Source of the DNA: an uncultured Clostridia bacterium
GTDB taxonomy: Bacteria; Bacillota; Clostridia; TANB77; CAG-508
Reading direction: 5' to 3'
DNA: 64,000 bases
Assembly (NCBI GenBank): GCA_934130355.1
Contig: CAKOXV010000002.1
Coordinates: 4,204 to 68,203 of the forward strand
Below, piece by piece: positions 18,356-27,029 of this stretch. The translations under genes and the position numbers were made by a program. Below the pieces are notes generated by a model. The model was not told where the DNA came from and did not search any database. It saw only the letters and a list, made by a program, of their open reading frames with translations. Each line of letters starts with the position of its first letter. Positions within the stretch are counted from its first letter, which is position 1.

Positions 18356-21300
18356 ATGGCAAATGAAGTGAAATGGACAGATGAACAAAAGCAAGCTATA
18401 TATGAAAAAGGAAGCAATATACTAGTAGCTGCTGCAGCAGGAAGTGGGAAAACAGCGGTATTAGTTGAAAGAATAATAAATAAAATAGTTAATGAAAATG
18501 TTGATATAGATAAGTTGTTAGTAGTGACTTTTACAAATGCAGCAGCATCTGAAATGAGAGAAAGAGTATTAAATGCAATATATAAAAAGATTGATGAAAA
18601 TCCTGAAGATGAAAGGCTACAAAGACAAGTAACTTTATTAAATAAATCAAATATATGTACAATAGATTCATTTTGTTTGGATGTTGTAAGAAATAATTTT
18701 TTTGAAATGGATATTTCTCAAAATTTTAGAATAGGTGATACAACAGAAATAGAAATTTTGAAACAAGATGTAATAGAAGATTTATTTGAAGATAAATATG
18801 AAACAGAAGACAAAGATTTTGAAAAATTGGTAAATACATATACCAGCTATAAAGATGACACACCTTTGAAAGAGCTAATTTTAAAAATATATACATATAT
18901 TCAGAGTGAACCATTTCCAGAAAAGTGGTTAAATGAAAAAATAGAAATGTTCAATTTAGCAGATAATTTAGAACAAGATTTTTCACAGACAATATGGGGA
19001 AAACAACTATTAAAACAAGTTGAAGAGATTTTAGAAGATGGAATTATTAAATTAGAAACAGAAAAGAAGAATTTATCAAAATATGATGAATTGTCAAAAT
19101 ATTATCTAATTATAAATGATGATATTGAACAATTAGAAATGTTAAAAGCAAATTTAGATTCATGGAACAAAGCTTATAATATAGCATTAAACATTAAATT
19201 TAAAACATGGGCAACTGATAGAAAAATAACACTTGAAGCAAAAGATACAGCAAAAATAGCAAGAGATGAAGTAAAAAAATCATTAGAAAAAGTTTTAAAT
19301 AAAATATTGATATTTGATTCAAAAGAAGCAAATGAAGATATAAATGATATGTATGAAATTTTAACAAAATTAGAAAAAATAATTTTAGAGTTTGGAGAAA
19401 AATTTTCAAAACGAAAAAAAGAAAAAAATATAGTAGATTTCAGTGATGTGGAGCATTTTGCACTAAAAATATTATTAGACGAAAATGCGCAACCTACAGA
19501 GATTGCAAAAAAATATCAGGAAAAATTTGAAGAAATAGCAATAGATGAATATCAAGACAGCAATTTGGTTCAAGAATATATATTAACCTCGATTTCAAGA
19601 GAAAACAATATTTTTATGGTAGGAGATGTTAAACAAAGCATTTATAAATTTAGACAAGCAAGGCCAGATTTATTTTTAAACAAATATAAAAATTACAAAA
19701 CAAAAGAAAATAAAAAAGAGTCAGATGATTTAAAAATTCAATTATTTAAAAACTTTAGAAGCAGAAGCGAAGTATTAGATTTTTCAAATTTTGTTTTTTC
19801 AAACATAATGACAGAAAAATTAGGAGAATTAAATTACACAACAGAAGAATATTTAAATATAGGAGCAAATTATGAAGATACAAATCAAGATTTAAGAACA
19901 GAAATAGATATTATAGATGTTGAAGAGCCAGAAGAACAAGAAAGTTATAATAATGATGACATAGATGAATCTGATGAAGAAGAACAAGAGAAAGTTGAGA
20001 ATATTGAATTAGAAGCAAAATTTGTAGCAAATAGAATTAAACAATTAATAGACAGCAAATTCCAGATATATGATGCCAAAAAACAAGAAAAAAGAGATAT
20101 AAAATACAAAGATATAGTAATTTTATTAAGGTCAACAAAAGAACCTGCACCAATATTTGAAAAAGAAATCTTAAATTTAGGAATGCCAGTATTTAGTGAT
20201 ACATCTTCAGAATATTTAGAGAGTATAGAAATTCAAACAATAATGAGCCTATTAAGAATTATAGATAATCCTTTACAAGAAATACCTCTTATAGCCACAA
20301 TGAGATCAATAATAGGAGGATTTACAGATAATGAATTAGTACAAATTCGTTTGAGTGATAAATATGACAATTTTTACAATACAATGTTAAAAGCAAAAAA
20401 AGATGTAGACAACAAGCTTCGTGGAAAAATAGATAAATTTTTAGATAACCTAGAAATGTGGAGAAAAGAGCAAGAATATCTAAGTTTAGATGAATTGATT
20501 TGGAAAATCTATAATGACACAGGATATTATAATTATGTAGGATTAATGACAAATGGAGAATTAAGGCAAGCAAATTTAAAAATGTTATTTGAAATAGCAA
20601 AACAATGTGAAAGCATTAGTTTTAAAGGATTATTCAATTTTATTAATTACATGGAAAAAATCAAAACAAGTAGTAAAGATATGGACTCAGCAAAAATAAT
20701 AGGTGAAAATGACAATGTAATTAGAATAATGAGTATTCACAAAAGTAAAGGACTTGAATTTCCAATTGTATTTTTATCAGGAGTCGGAAAGCAATTTAAT
20801 ATGCAAGATTTAAATAACAAAATATTGTTACATCCAGACATGGGAATAGGTGTAAAATACATAGATTATGATAAACAAATAGAATATGACACACTTTCTA
20901 AACAAGCTATGAGAAATCAAATAATGATTGAAACACTATCAGAAGAGATGAGAGTATTATATGTTGCTTTGACTAGAGCAAAAGAAAAACTAATTATAAC
21001 AGGATATAGTACAGCAGATAAGCAAAACAAGCTAGAAGATTTAAAAGATAAATACAATGAATTAAATTCTATAATCTTAAAAAAATGTAAAACCTATTTA
21101 GACTGGTTTAAATTAATAGATGTATATGAACACGAAAACTTCCAAAAAATTGCTATATTTAATGTCTATAATAAAAATGAAGTTTTGAAAATGTGTAATA
21201 CGAAACAGGAAAAAGAAGAAAATGGGACTGAACAAATTTTAAAAAAATTAGAAAATGTAGAGTTATGTTCTGAAAAACAAGAAAGAATAAAGAAAATGCT

Positions 21301-21970
21301 AGAATATGAATATGAAAAACAAGTTTCAACACAGTTAAAAACAAAAATGTCAGTAACAGAAATAAAGGAACTTTCAAAACCTCAAGAAGAAAGGCAAGAA
21401 AACAACAAAGTAGAGCAAATGCCTAAATTCCTTCAAACTGATAAAGAAACTAAAATAACAAATGCACAAAAAGGAACTTTAACACATTTATGTATGCAAA
21501 AATTAGATATAAACAAAAAAGTATATAGTTATGATGATGTAAAACAATTAATAAATGAATTAGAGATGAAAAAAATCATTAGCTCTAAAGAAGCAGAAGC
21601 TATTAATATTAATAATATAGTTCAATTTACAAAATCAAAATTGTGGGAAGAAATGACACATGCCCATGTTGTTCAGAGAGAGAAACCATTTTACATTAAT
21701 ATACCTGCAAAAGAATTGTATCAAGAAGATGTTGATGAAGATATTTTAGTACAAGGAATTATAGATTTATATTATATAACAGAAAAAGATGAATTAGTTT
21801 TAGTGGATTTTAAAACAGATTATGTGGAAAATAGAAATGAACAGATATTAATTGATAAATATAATACTCAGCTTGATTTGTATAAAAGAGCTTTAGAGAG
21901 TGCAACAGGAAAAAAGGTATATAGAATTTATATTTATTCAACATATTTGAACAAAGAAATACAATACTAG
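18356..21970 (+). CDS. addA: ATP-dependent helicase/nuclease subunit A (AddA-type UvrD helicase with a C-terminal PD-(D/E)XK nuclease)
   Basis: N-terminal WTDEQKQAI...AAAGSGKT helicase motif I, DEYQDSN, VGDVKQSIYKFR, and C-terminal GIIDLYY...LVDFKTD nuclease motif. 1204 aa. Confidence 0.85.
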   Translation: MANEVKWTDEQKQAIYEKGSNILVAAAAGSGKTAVLVERIINKIVNENVDIDKLLVVTFTNAAASEMRERVLNAIYKKIDENPEDERLQRQVTLLNKSNICTIDSFCLDVVRNNFFEMDISQNFRIGDTTEIEILKQDVIEDLFEDKYETEDKDFEKLVNTYTSYKDDTPLKELILKIYTYIQSEPFPEKWLNEKIEMFNLADNLEQDFSQTIWGKQLLKQVEEILEDGIIKLETEKKNLSKYDELSKYYLIINDDIEQLEMLKANLDSWNKAYNIALNIKFKTWATDRKITLEAKDTAKIARDEVKKSLEKVLNKILIFDSKEANEDINDMYEILTKLEKIILEFGEKFSKRKKEKNIVDFSDVEHFALKILLDENAQPTEIAKKYQEKFEEIAIDEYQDSNLVQEYILTSISRENNIFMVGDVKQSIYKFRQARPDLFLNKYKNYKTKENKKESDDLKIQLFKNFRSRSEVLDFSNFVFSNIMTEKLGELNYTTEEYLNIGANYEDTNQDLRTEIDIIDVEEPEEQESYNNDDIDESDEEEQEKVENIELEAKFVANRIKQLIDSKFQIYDAKKQEKRDIKYKDIVILLRSTKEPAPIFEKEILNLGMPVFSDTSSEYLESIEIQTIMSLLRIIDNPLQEIPLIATMRSIIGGFTDNELVQIRLSDKYDNFYNTMLKAKKDVDNKLRGKIDKFLDNLEMWRKEQEYLSLDELIWKIYNDTGYYNYVGLMTNGELRQANLKMLFEIAKQCESISFKGLFNFINYMEKIKTSSKDMDSAKIIGENDNVIRIMSIHKSKGLEFPIVFLSGVGKQFNMQDLNNKILLHPDMGIGVKYIDYDKQIEYDTLSKQAMRNQIMIETLSEEMRVLYVALTRAKEKLIITGYSTADKQNKLEDLKDKYNELNSIILKKCKTYLDWFKLIDVYEHENFQKIAIFNVYNKNEVLKMCNTKQEKEENGTEQILKKLENVELCSEKQERIKKMLEYEYEKQVSTQLKTKMSVTEIKELSKPQEERQENNKVEQMPKFLQTDKETKITNAQKGTLTHLCMQKLDINKKVYSYDDVKQLINELEMKKIISSKEAEAININNIVQFTKSKLWEEMTHAHVVQREKPFYINIPAKELYQEDVDEDILVQGIIDLYYITEKDELVLVDFKTDYVENRNEQILIDKYNTQLDLYKRALESATGKKVYRIYIYSTYLNKEIQY

Positions 21971-22335
21971 TAACATATAGTTGAGCAAAAAGGCTTGAAT
22001 AGCATACTTGGATTCATACATATATATTAAAAGCATTCCAAATTTTGGACAAGCTAAACATTCGTACAAAATCTAATAGTGCCAAAAGCGCCTCTTTCAC
22101 TTAGTCCAAAAATTAATATATTACTATGGAATAAGGCAAAGACCCACTATGGGGATGACCCTAGCTATGTTTTTGCCGTGAAATAGTAATATATTAATTT
22201 TTGACGTGAACATCCCTCTTTTGGCACTTAAGATTTTCTATACTCAAGTTTAGATGCACAAAATTTTCCATTATTTAATATATATGTATAAGTCCAATCA
22301 TGCTATCCGAGCCTTTTGTACTTAACTATATATTA
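21971..22335. repeat. Nested-palindrome element, copy 2 (inverted relative to copies 1 and 3). It starts at the base after the addA stop codon.
   Basis: CATACATATATATTAA...TTAATATATATGTATA inner boundaries. The inner arms are homologous to copy 4. The apex differs (GACCCACTATGGGGATGACCC). Confidence 0.9.
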
Positions 22336-22506
22336 ATTTATTAACTAAAAATTCCTGAAAAAGCAAAAACAACTTGATTAAAATAGAAAAATGGTATAAA
22401 ATGTTGTTGAGTTAGCAACGAACATAGGGATAGTATATTAGAATAGAGTACTTCTAAAAAAATTGTGGTATACTTGGGCTATGATAGATTGAAGGGATTT
22501 AGTAAA

Positions 22507-23157
22507 ATGGAAGATAAATATAATATGACAAAAGATCAAAACATATTTTTCGCCAAAAGGTGTATAGTTGATAGTATTTGGAAAAGTTCACATATTGAAG
22601 GAATTGATGTCACATATCCAGAAACTCAAAAAATTTATGATGGAGGAAATGTTGCACGTTTAAGAATTGATGAGATTCAAACAATTAATAATTTAAAACA
22701 TGCATGGTTATTTGTGTTAAACTCTATTGATGTAGAAAACAATCTTAATTTATTAAAATCTATTAATAGTTTAATTGGAAGCAATTTAGTAGATAAAGCT
22801 GGAAATATGAGAACTTATGAAGTGAGTATTGGTGGAACAACTTGGAAACCAGAAATTCCTGATGAAAATGAGGTTTCTGCTCAATTACAAAAATTATCAG
22901 AAATTGAATGTGTAACAGATAGGGCAATTAGTATAATGTGTTATTTAATGAGAACTCAATTTTTTTCAGATGGAAACAAGAGAACTGCAATGCTATTTGC
23001 AAATAAAATAATGATTGAGAATGGAAAAGGCATTATAAATATTCCCATAGATGAAGACATAAATTTTGGTGAACAATTAATAAAATATTATGAGACAGAT
23101 AATATGGAAGAGTTAAAAAAATTTATATATGATAAATGTATTGATGGGATAGTATAA
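22507..23157 (+). CDS. Fic/Doc family protein with a variant core motif (QFFSDGNKRTAM)
   Basis: The core aligns to HxFx(D/E)(G/A)N(G/K)R, with Gln in place of His and the Doc-like NKR. ATG 22507 is preferred over track GTG 22465 (RBS GAAGGGA). Confidence 0.65.
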   Translation: MEDKYNMTKDQNIFFAKRCIVDSIWKSSHIEGIDVTYPETQKIYDGGNVARLRIDEIQTINNLKHAWLFVLNSIDVENNLNLLKSINSLIGSNLVDKAGNMRTYEVSIGGTTWKPEIPDENEVSAQLQKLSEIECVTDRAISIMCYLMRTQFFSDGNKRTAMLFANKIMIENGKGIINIPIDEDINFGEQLIKYYETDNMEELKKFIYDKCIDGIV

Positions 23158-23429
23158 GGTACCAGTATATATTCAAAAATCTGATTATACTTAAATATAG
23201 AATAAAATGTTAAATAAATAGGCATTACCAAAGAATAGGTAATGTTTATTTTTTGTAAAAGTAAAAACACTAAATAAAAAAAGTCTTAAAAACATAAAAA
23301 ACAAATATTACAAAAATATTACAAGAAAGTCGTAAATATTACATTTGTGTTTTGTTTTTATGATTTGATTGCCTTTAATGGTAAAAAGTGTTATTCTTAA
23401 TATAAGAAAAGATAAAGGAGAGGGTTTAA

Positions 23430-24848
23430 ATGAAAAAGTTTAGACTAACAAGAAAGGTACAAGTAATTTTAGCAATTATTCTGGCGATAGTTGCAGGAGT
23501 AATAATAGTTGGAATTTTCTCAAATAATAAAGCTATGGCGATAACTTCCTGCCCTAATTGTGGTGGTACACGTACATTTAGATACCAATCTTCAGGAAAT
23601 GGTTCAACTCATATACGAACGGTAGTATGTAATTCTTGTGGAAGTTCTACTGAAGCTGAAACATTATTATGTACAGGAGGAAGCTGGACACAAAGCGCTA
23701 ATGAAAGTAATGGACACGCAAGATATTGTGTTTATTGTGGATATGCTACAGCAGCAGGAACATGCTATGATGATAATAATGATGGAAAATGTGATGCTTG
23801 TGGTCGTTCTGGAATGCATACACACTCATACTCATCTACATCATATAGCCAAAACAGCAATAGCATACATAATATAATAAAAAGCTGCTCTTGTGGGGCT
23901 ACTCAAAATGCAGGAACAGAAGAACATAGTTTCGAATCATATTCAAATAATGGAAATGGACAACATAGTAGAACATGTTCAAAATGTGGATATACACAAA
24001 CAGAATCTCACACAGAAGTAATAGATGAGGCAAAAGAAGCAACATGTACAGAAGCAGGAAAGACAGAAGGAAAACATTGCTCAGTATGTAATACAGTAAC
24101 AGTAGCACAACAAGAAATACCAGCAAAAGGACATACAGAAGTAATAGATAAGGCAAAAGAAGTAACATGTACAGAAGCAGGAAAGACAGAAGGAAAACAT
24201 TGCTCAGTATGTAATACAGTAATAGTAGCACAACAAGAAATACCAGCAAAAGGACATACAGAAGTAATAGATGAGGCAAAAGAAGCAACATGTACAGAAA
24301 CAGGAGAGACAGAAGGAAAACATTGCTCAGTATGTAATACAGTAACAGTAGCACAACAAGAAATACCAGCAAAAGGACATAATTATGTGGACGGAGAATG
24401 TACAGAATGTGGAAAACAACAATATGACGACATAGAAATAGAATCAGAAAAATATGAAATAGATGATATTTATATATCAAAAATACAACCAAAAACAACA
24501 GTAAAAGACGTAAAAGATGGAATACAAACAAATGCAACAGAAATAAAAATATACGATACAGAAGACAACCTTTTAAAAGATACAGATATAGTAGGAACAA
24601 AAGCAAAAATAGAATTAAAAATAGGAAACAAAACCAAAATATATAAAGCAATAGTAATAGGTGACGTAGATGGAGATGGAATGGCGGGAATATTAGATAT
24701 TATAAGTATCAATAAATATAGATTAAATAAAAAGACATTAGAAGAAATATACTTAAAAGCAGCAGATGTAACAGAAGATAACAAAATAAATCTTATCGAT
24801 ATAATCAAAGTAAACAAATATAGATTGAATAAAATAACAAAGTTGTAA
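23430..24848 (+). CDS. Secreted/anchored cysteine-rich repeat protein with a C-terminal dockerin-like module
   Basis: N-terminal TM/signal anchor. Many CxxC pairs. Three 41-aa HTEVIDEAKEATCTEAGKTEGKHCSVCNTV... repeats. C-terminal GDVDGDG...DIISINKYRL / DVTEDNKINLIDIIKVNKYRL duplicated Ca-binding dockerin-type segments. Confidence 0.6.
   Translation: MKKFRLTRKVQVILAIILAIVAGVIIVGIFSNNKAMAITSCPNCGGTRTFRYQSSGNGSTHIRTVVCNSCGSSTEAETLLCTGGSWTQSANESNGHARYCVYCGYATAAGTCYDDNNDGKCDACGRSGMHTHSYSSTSYSQNSNSIHNIIKSCSCGATQNAGTEEHSFESYSNNGNGQHSRTCSKCGYTQTESHTEVIDEAKEATCTEAGKTEGKHCSVCNTVTVAQQEIPAKGHTEVIDKAKEVTCTEAGKTEGKHCSVCNTVIVAQQEIPAKGHTEVIDEAKEATCTETGETEGKHCSVCNTVTVAQQEIPAKGHNYVDGECTECGKQQYDDIEIESEKYEIDDIYISKIQPKTTVKDVKDGIQTNATEIKIYDTEDNLLKDTDIVGTKAKIELKIGNKTKIYKAIVIGDVDGDGMAGILDIISINKYRLNKKTLEEIYLKAADVTEDNKINLIDIIKVNKYRLNKITKL
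24009..24377 (+). repeat. Three tandem 123-bp in-frame coding repeats
   Basis: The units start at 24009, 24132 and 24255 (CAY ACA GAA GTA ATA GAT ...) and are nearly identical. Confidence 0.9.
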
Positions 24849-24902
24849 AAAAGTATGTGGTAAAATGAAAATATTTAAAAGACAATATTATATGATATAA
24901 AT

Positions 24903-24930
24903 AAGTGAGGTACCAGTTGGTACCTCACTT
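24903..24930. terminator. Bidirectional hairpin AAGTGAGGTACC-AGTT-GGTACCTCACTT
   Basis: Perfect 12-bp arms between convergent ORFs, followed by ATTTTC on the plus strand. Confidence 0.75.
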
Positions 24931-24934
24931 ATTT

Positions 24935-25111
24935 TCATGCGAAACAGATTGCGATAAGAATAAAAACTACTATCATTCCGATAGAGGATATGAATTCCGG
25001 CCGGATGCTTCCACGTACAATGAGATCCATGTCTTCGTCGTACGTGTGATTAAACAGCGCCTCCTCCCAAAATCCTAATTTTTCATTTCTTTCCCAGTAC
25101 CGCTGTTCCAT
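24935..25111 (-). CDS. Small (58 aa) tail-anchored membrane protein, GC-richer than its surroundings (below the ORF-track cutoff)
   Basis: Own translation: MEQRYWERNEKLGFWEEALFNHTYDEDMDLIVRGSIRPEFISSIGMIVVFILIAICFA. GGAGG RBS 8 nt upstream and a consensus promoter upstream. Confidence 0.45.
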   Translation of the reverse strand: MEQRYWERNEKLGFWEEALFNHTYDEDMDLIVRGSIRPEFISSIGMIVVFILIAICFA

Positions 25112-25181
25112 AATAAATAACCTCCTTAAGAATGAGCTTTGCCTACAGGCGTTGCTAAAATATAAAATTTACTATACTATA

Positions 25182-25210
25182 ATTATAACATCATTGTGAT
25201 TTTTTGTCAA
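25182..25210 (-). promoter_or_regulatory. Consensus sigma-A type promoter TTGACA-17-TATAAT (minus strand) driving the 58-aa ORF
   Basis: TGTCAA at 25205-25210 and ATTATA at 25182-25187 on the plus strand, with an exact 17-bp spacer. Confidence 0.6.
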
Positions 25211-25270
25211 AATTTTAGAATTATAGTTTTTATGGAAACTCATTTATGGTAAACTAATATGATAATTTGC

Positions 25271-25900
25271 TTAATTATTAGTACAGTTATTTTTTTTCAT
25301 CATATCCATACAGGTTCCATCATTCATATAGAATTTCTTTTCTGCAAGTTTATCTTGAACACCTCTTAATGCTTCTCCAAATCTTTGGAAGTGAGCAACT
25401 TCTCTTTCACGTAAAAAGCGAAGAGGATCAATAACATCTGGATTATCTCGACATAAATCTATTAATTTTTCATAAGTAGCACGTGCTTTTTGCTCCGCAG
25501 CTAAATCTTCTTGTAAATTAGCTATTGCATCACCTTTACATGCTATATATGATGCAGTAAATGGAACGCCAGCAGCAGATTGTGGGTATACATCTACACC
25601 ATGGTCTGTATAGTAAGGACCAAGTCCAGCAACTTCTATTTCTTCAATAGAAGCATTTTTAGTTAATTGATAAACAATAGAACCAACCATTTCAAGATGG
25701 GCTAATTCTTCTGTACCTATATCATTAAGTATAGCTTTTGCGTTTTGGTCAGGCATAGCAAATCTTTGAGACAAATATCTTAAAGAAGCGGCTAATTCGC
25801 CATCAGGACCTCCATATTGGCTGATAATTACTTTTGCAAGACGAGGGTCTGTGCATTTAATGTTAACAGGGTATTGTAGTATTTTATTATAAGTCCACAT
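25271..25900 (-). CDS. cotJC: Manganese catalase family spore coat protein CotJC
   Basis: MWTYNK.LQYPV......P.LA..I..QYGGPDGELAASLRYLSQRF...IGTEELAHLEM is the CotJC/Mn-catalase signature. Confidence 0.9.
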   Translation of the reverse strand: MWTYNKILQYPVNIKCTDPRLAKVIISQYGGPDGELAASLRYLSQRFAMPDQNAKAILNDIGTEELAHLEMVGSIVYQLTKNASIEEIEVAGLGPYYTDHGVDVYPQSAAGVPFTASYIACKGDAIANLQEDLAAEQKARATYEKLIDLCRDNPDVIDPLRFLREREVAHFQRFGEALRGVQDKLAEKKFYMNDGTCMDMMKKNNCTNN

Positions 25901-25921
25901 CTAAAACATTCCTCCTTCCCA
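25901..25921 (-). other. cotJB: cotJB 3' segment (codons W-E-G-G-M-F-stop), separated from the rest of cotJB by the intervening element
   Basis: The reverse complement reads TGG GAA GGA GGA ATG TTT TAG and is immediately followed by the cotJC ATG. It joins in frame to the 5' segment through the shared AAGGCCA core. Confidence 0.8.
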
Positions 25922-26033
25922 AGGCCACCCTTAGTTTAAAAGAGAATAAAAAAAGCCAGTTTTATGAAGTGAACTTTTTGTGGTTCACCTCATTAGACTT
26001 GCTTTTGAATTGAATTGATTAGATTTAGACAAA

Positions 26034-26756
26034 TTATAAAGAATTATATAATTTGTTTAAAACGGTGCATATTACTAATTTTGGTCCTGGTCTAGTAGAA
26101 GTATTAAAATATTTTTGAAGTTTATTTTCACTACATTCATAAAACATAGAGTTTGTTGCAGACATAATATTACATTTAATATTATTAATGGTTTTATTGT
26201 GCCTTCGTGCAACAACAGGATAAATATTTTTATTCAAATTTTCATTCATTTTATAGTTTCCATACATTAAAGCAATACATTCTGATAAATATTTGGTTCC
26301 TATATAAGACAAATTATAACCAATATGTTCTAATTCTCTATTTATTGTGTTTGTTAATAATAGATTATTAAAATAAATGTGAATTCCTTTGTTTTTTGCT
26401 ATTATATCTATCTTGAAAAATAACAAATCTAAATCTGTTGAGGGAGAGACGTATTCACATACATAAAAGTCTGAATCAATAGAATTAGTGTTTTTTTCAG
26501 ATATTACAATAACAGATTTTTTACACTTTTCAGAATATATACTAGAAATAGTATGTAAGCTAGAAATGATAGAATCAATACTATCATCTACATTTATTAA
26601 TGTAATGTCAATTAAACCAGTATTCAATAACTTAATTCCTTCATTTAGAGTTTTCGTAATAGAATGAACTCTAATTTGATAACCATTTCCGGAAATATAA
26701 TTAAGTAAATATATTGAATGATTAATGTCTTTATCTATAATGAGTAGGTTTAACAT
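26034..26756 (-). CDS. Spo0A-like regulator: degenerate receiver domain plus a Spo0A C-terminal DNA-binding domain
   Basis: The C-terminus INRELEHIGYNLSYIGTKYLSECIALMY....L.KNIYPVVARRHNKT.NNIKCNI...RPGPKLVICTVLNKL aligns by pattern with B. subtilis Spo0A [28 protein letters not shown]...VLYPDIAKKFNTT.SRVERAI...KPTNSEFIAMVADKL. The N-terminus is LLIIDKD..., but LINV stands where the phospho-Asp motif LLDI is expected. Confidence 0.65.
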   Translation of the reverse strand: MLNLLIIDKDINHSIYLLNYISGNGYQIRVHSITKTLNEGIKLLNTGLIDITLINVDDSIDSIISSLHTISSIYSEKCKKSVIVISEKNTNSIDSDFYVCEYVSPSTDLDLLFFKIDIIAKNKGIHIYFNNLLLTNTINRELEHIGYNLSYIGTKYLSECIALMYGNYKMNENLNKNIYPVVARRHNKTINNIKCNIMSATNSMFYECSENKLQKYFNTSTRPGPKLVICTVLNKLYNSL

Positions 26757-26987
26757 TTCAATGCCTCCGTTTTAATCATCTATATATTAGACGGATAAGA
26801 GGGCATCAGAAGGTGCGTTTTTTGAAAAAAAGTTGAAAAAAGTTGAAAAAAATAATTTTTTTTACCTTTTTTTACCTTTTTGTCACTTTTTGCAATGAGC
26901 GTGCTATAATATTAATACTAATAAGCATTAATAAGTCAATAAGTTTTGTGTTTGATAAATTCAAACCTAAACTTTATTGATAAAATG

Positions 26988-27002
26988 GAAAAATGATTTG
27001 CT
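26988..27002. repeat. Left arm of a 15-bp perfect inverted repeat (GAAAAATGATTTGCT) flanking the GC-rich ORF
   Basis: Its reverse complement AGCAAATCATTTTTC occurs at 27573-27587. Confidence 0.85.
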
Positions 27003-27029
27003 GCGACTAACAATTTAAGGAGGACAACT

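Noticed and set aside
2173-22335. Using G:T (wobble) versus A:C mismatch polarity in the palindrome arms to assign a transcribed strand for the whole family.
   Set aside because: Copy 4 favours its plus strand (3 wobbles). Copy 1 gives 2 versus 1 and copy 2 gives 2 versus 3 between the strands, and these signals do not agree with the relative orientations of the copies. The evidence is too thin, so RNA versus DNA remains unresolved.
24009-24377. Regular 123-bp repeats as a possible CRISPR-like or satellite array.
   Set aside because: The units are contiguous with no spacers. They are in frame within a long ORF and encode a repeated Cys-containing protein module.
23899-24651. 250-aa Leu/Phe-rich ORF on the minus strand, plus many similar 60-160-aa antisense ORFs throughout the track (for example 538-954, 897-1343, 4043-4528, 16223-16654, 39310-39678, 42642-43058).
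   Set aside because: They lie antisense to well-supported genes, lack RBSs, and have the low-complexity L/F/I/S composition expected from reading AT-rich, purine-skewed coding DNA backwards. The 250-aa ORF simply mirrors the 123-bp coding repeats.
26821-26900. A-tract/T-tract repeats (AAGTTGAAAAA x2, TTTTTTACC x2) in the divergent region inside the element as a defined operator.
   Set aside because: These are low-complexity A/T runs that could equally be intrinsically bent promoter DNA. No clear dyad or known box is present. A plausible TGCTATAAT -10 at 26902-26910 was noted but not assigned.
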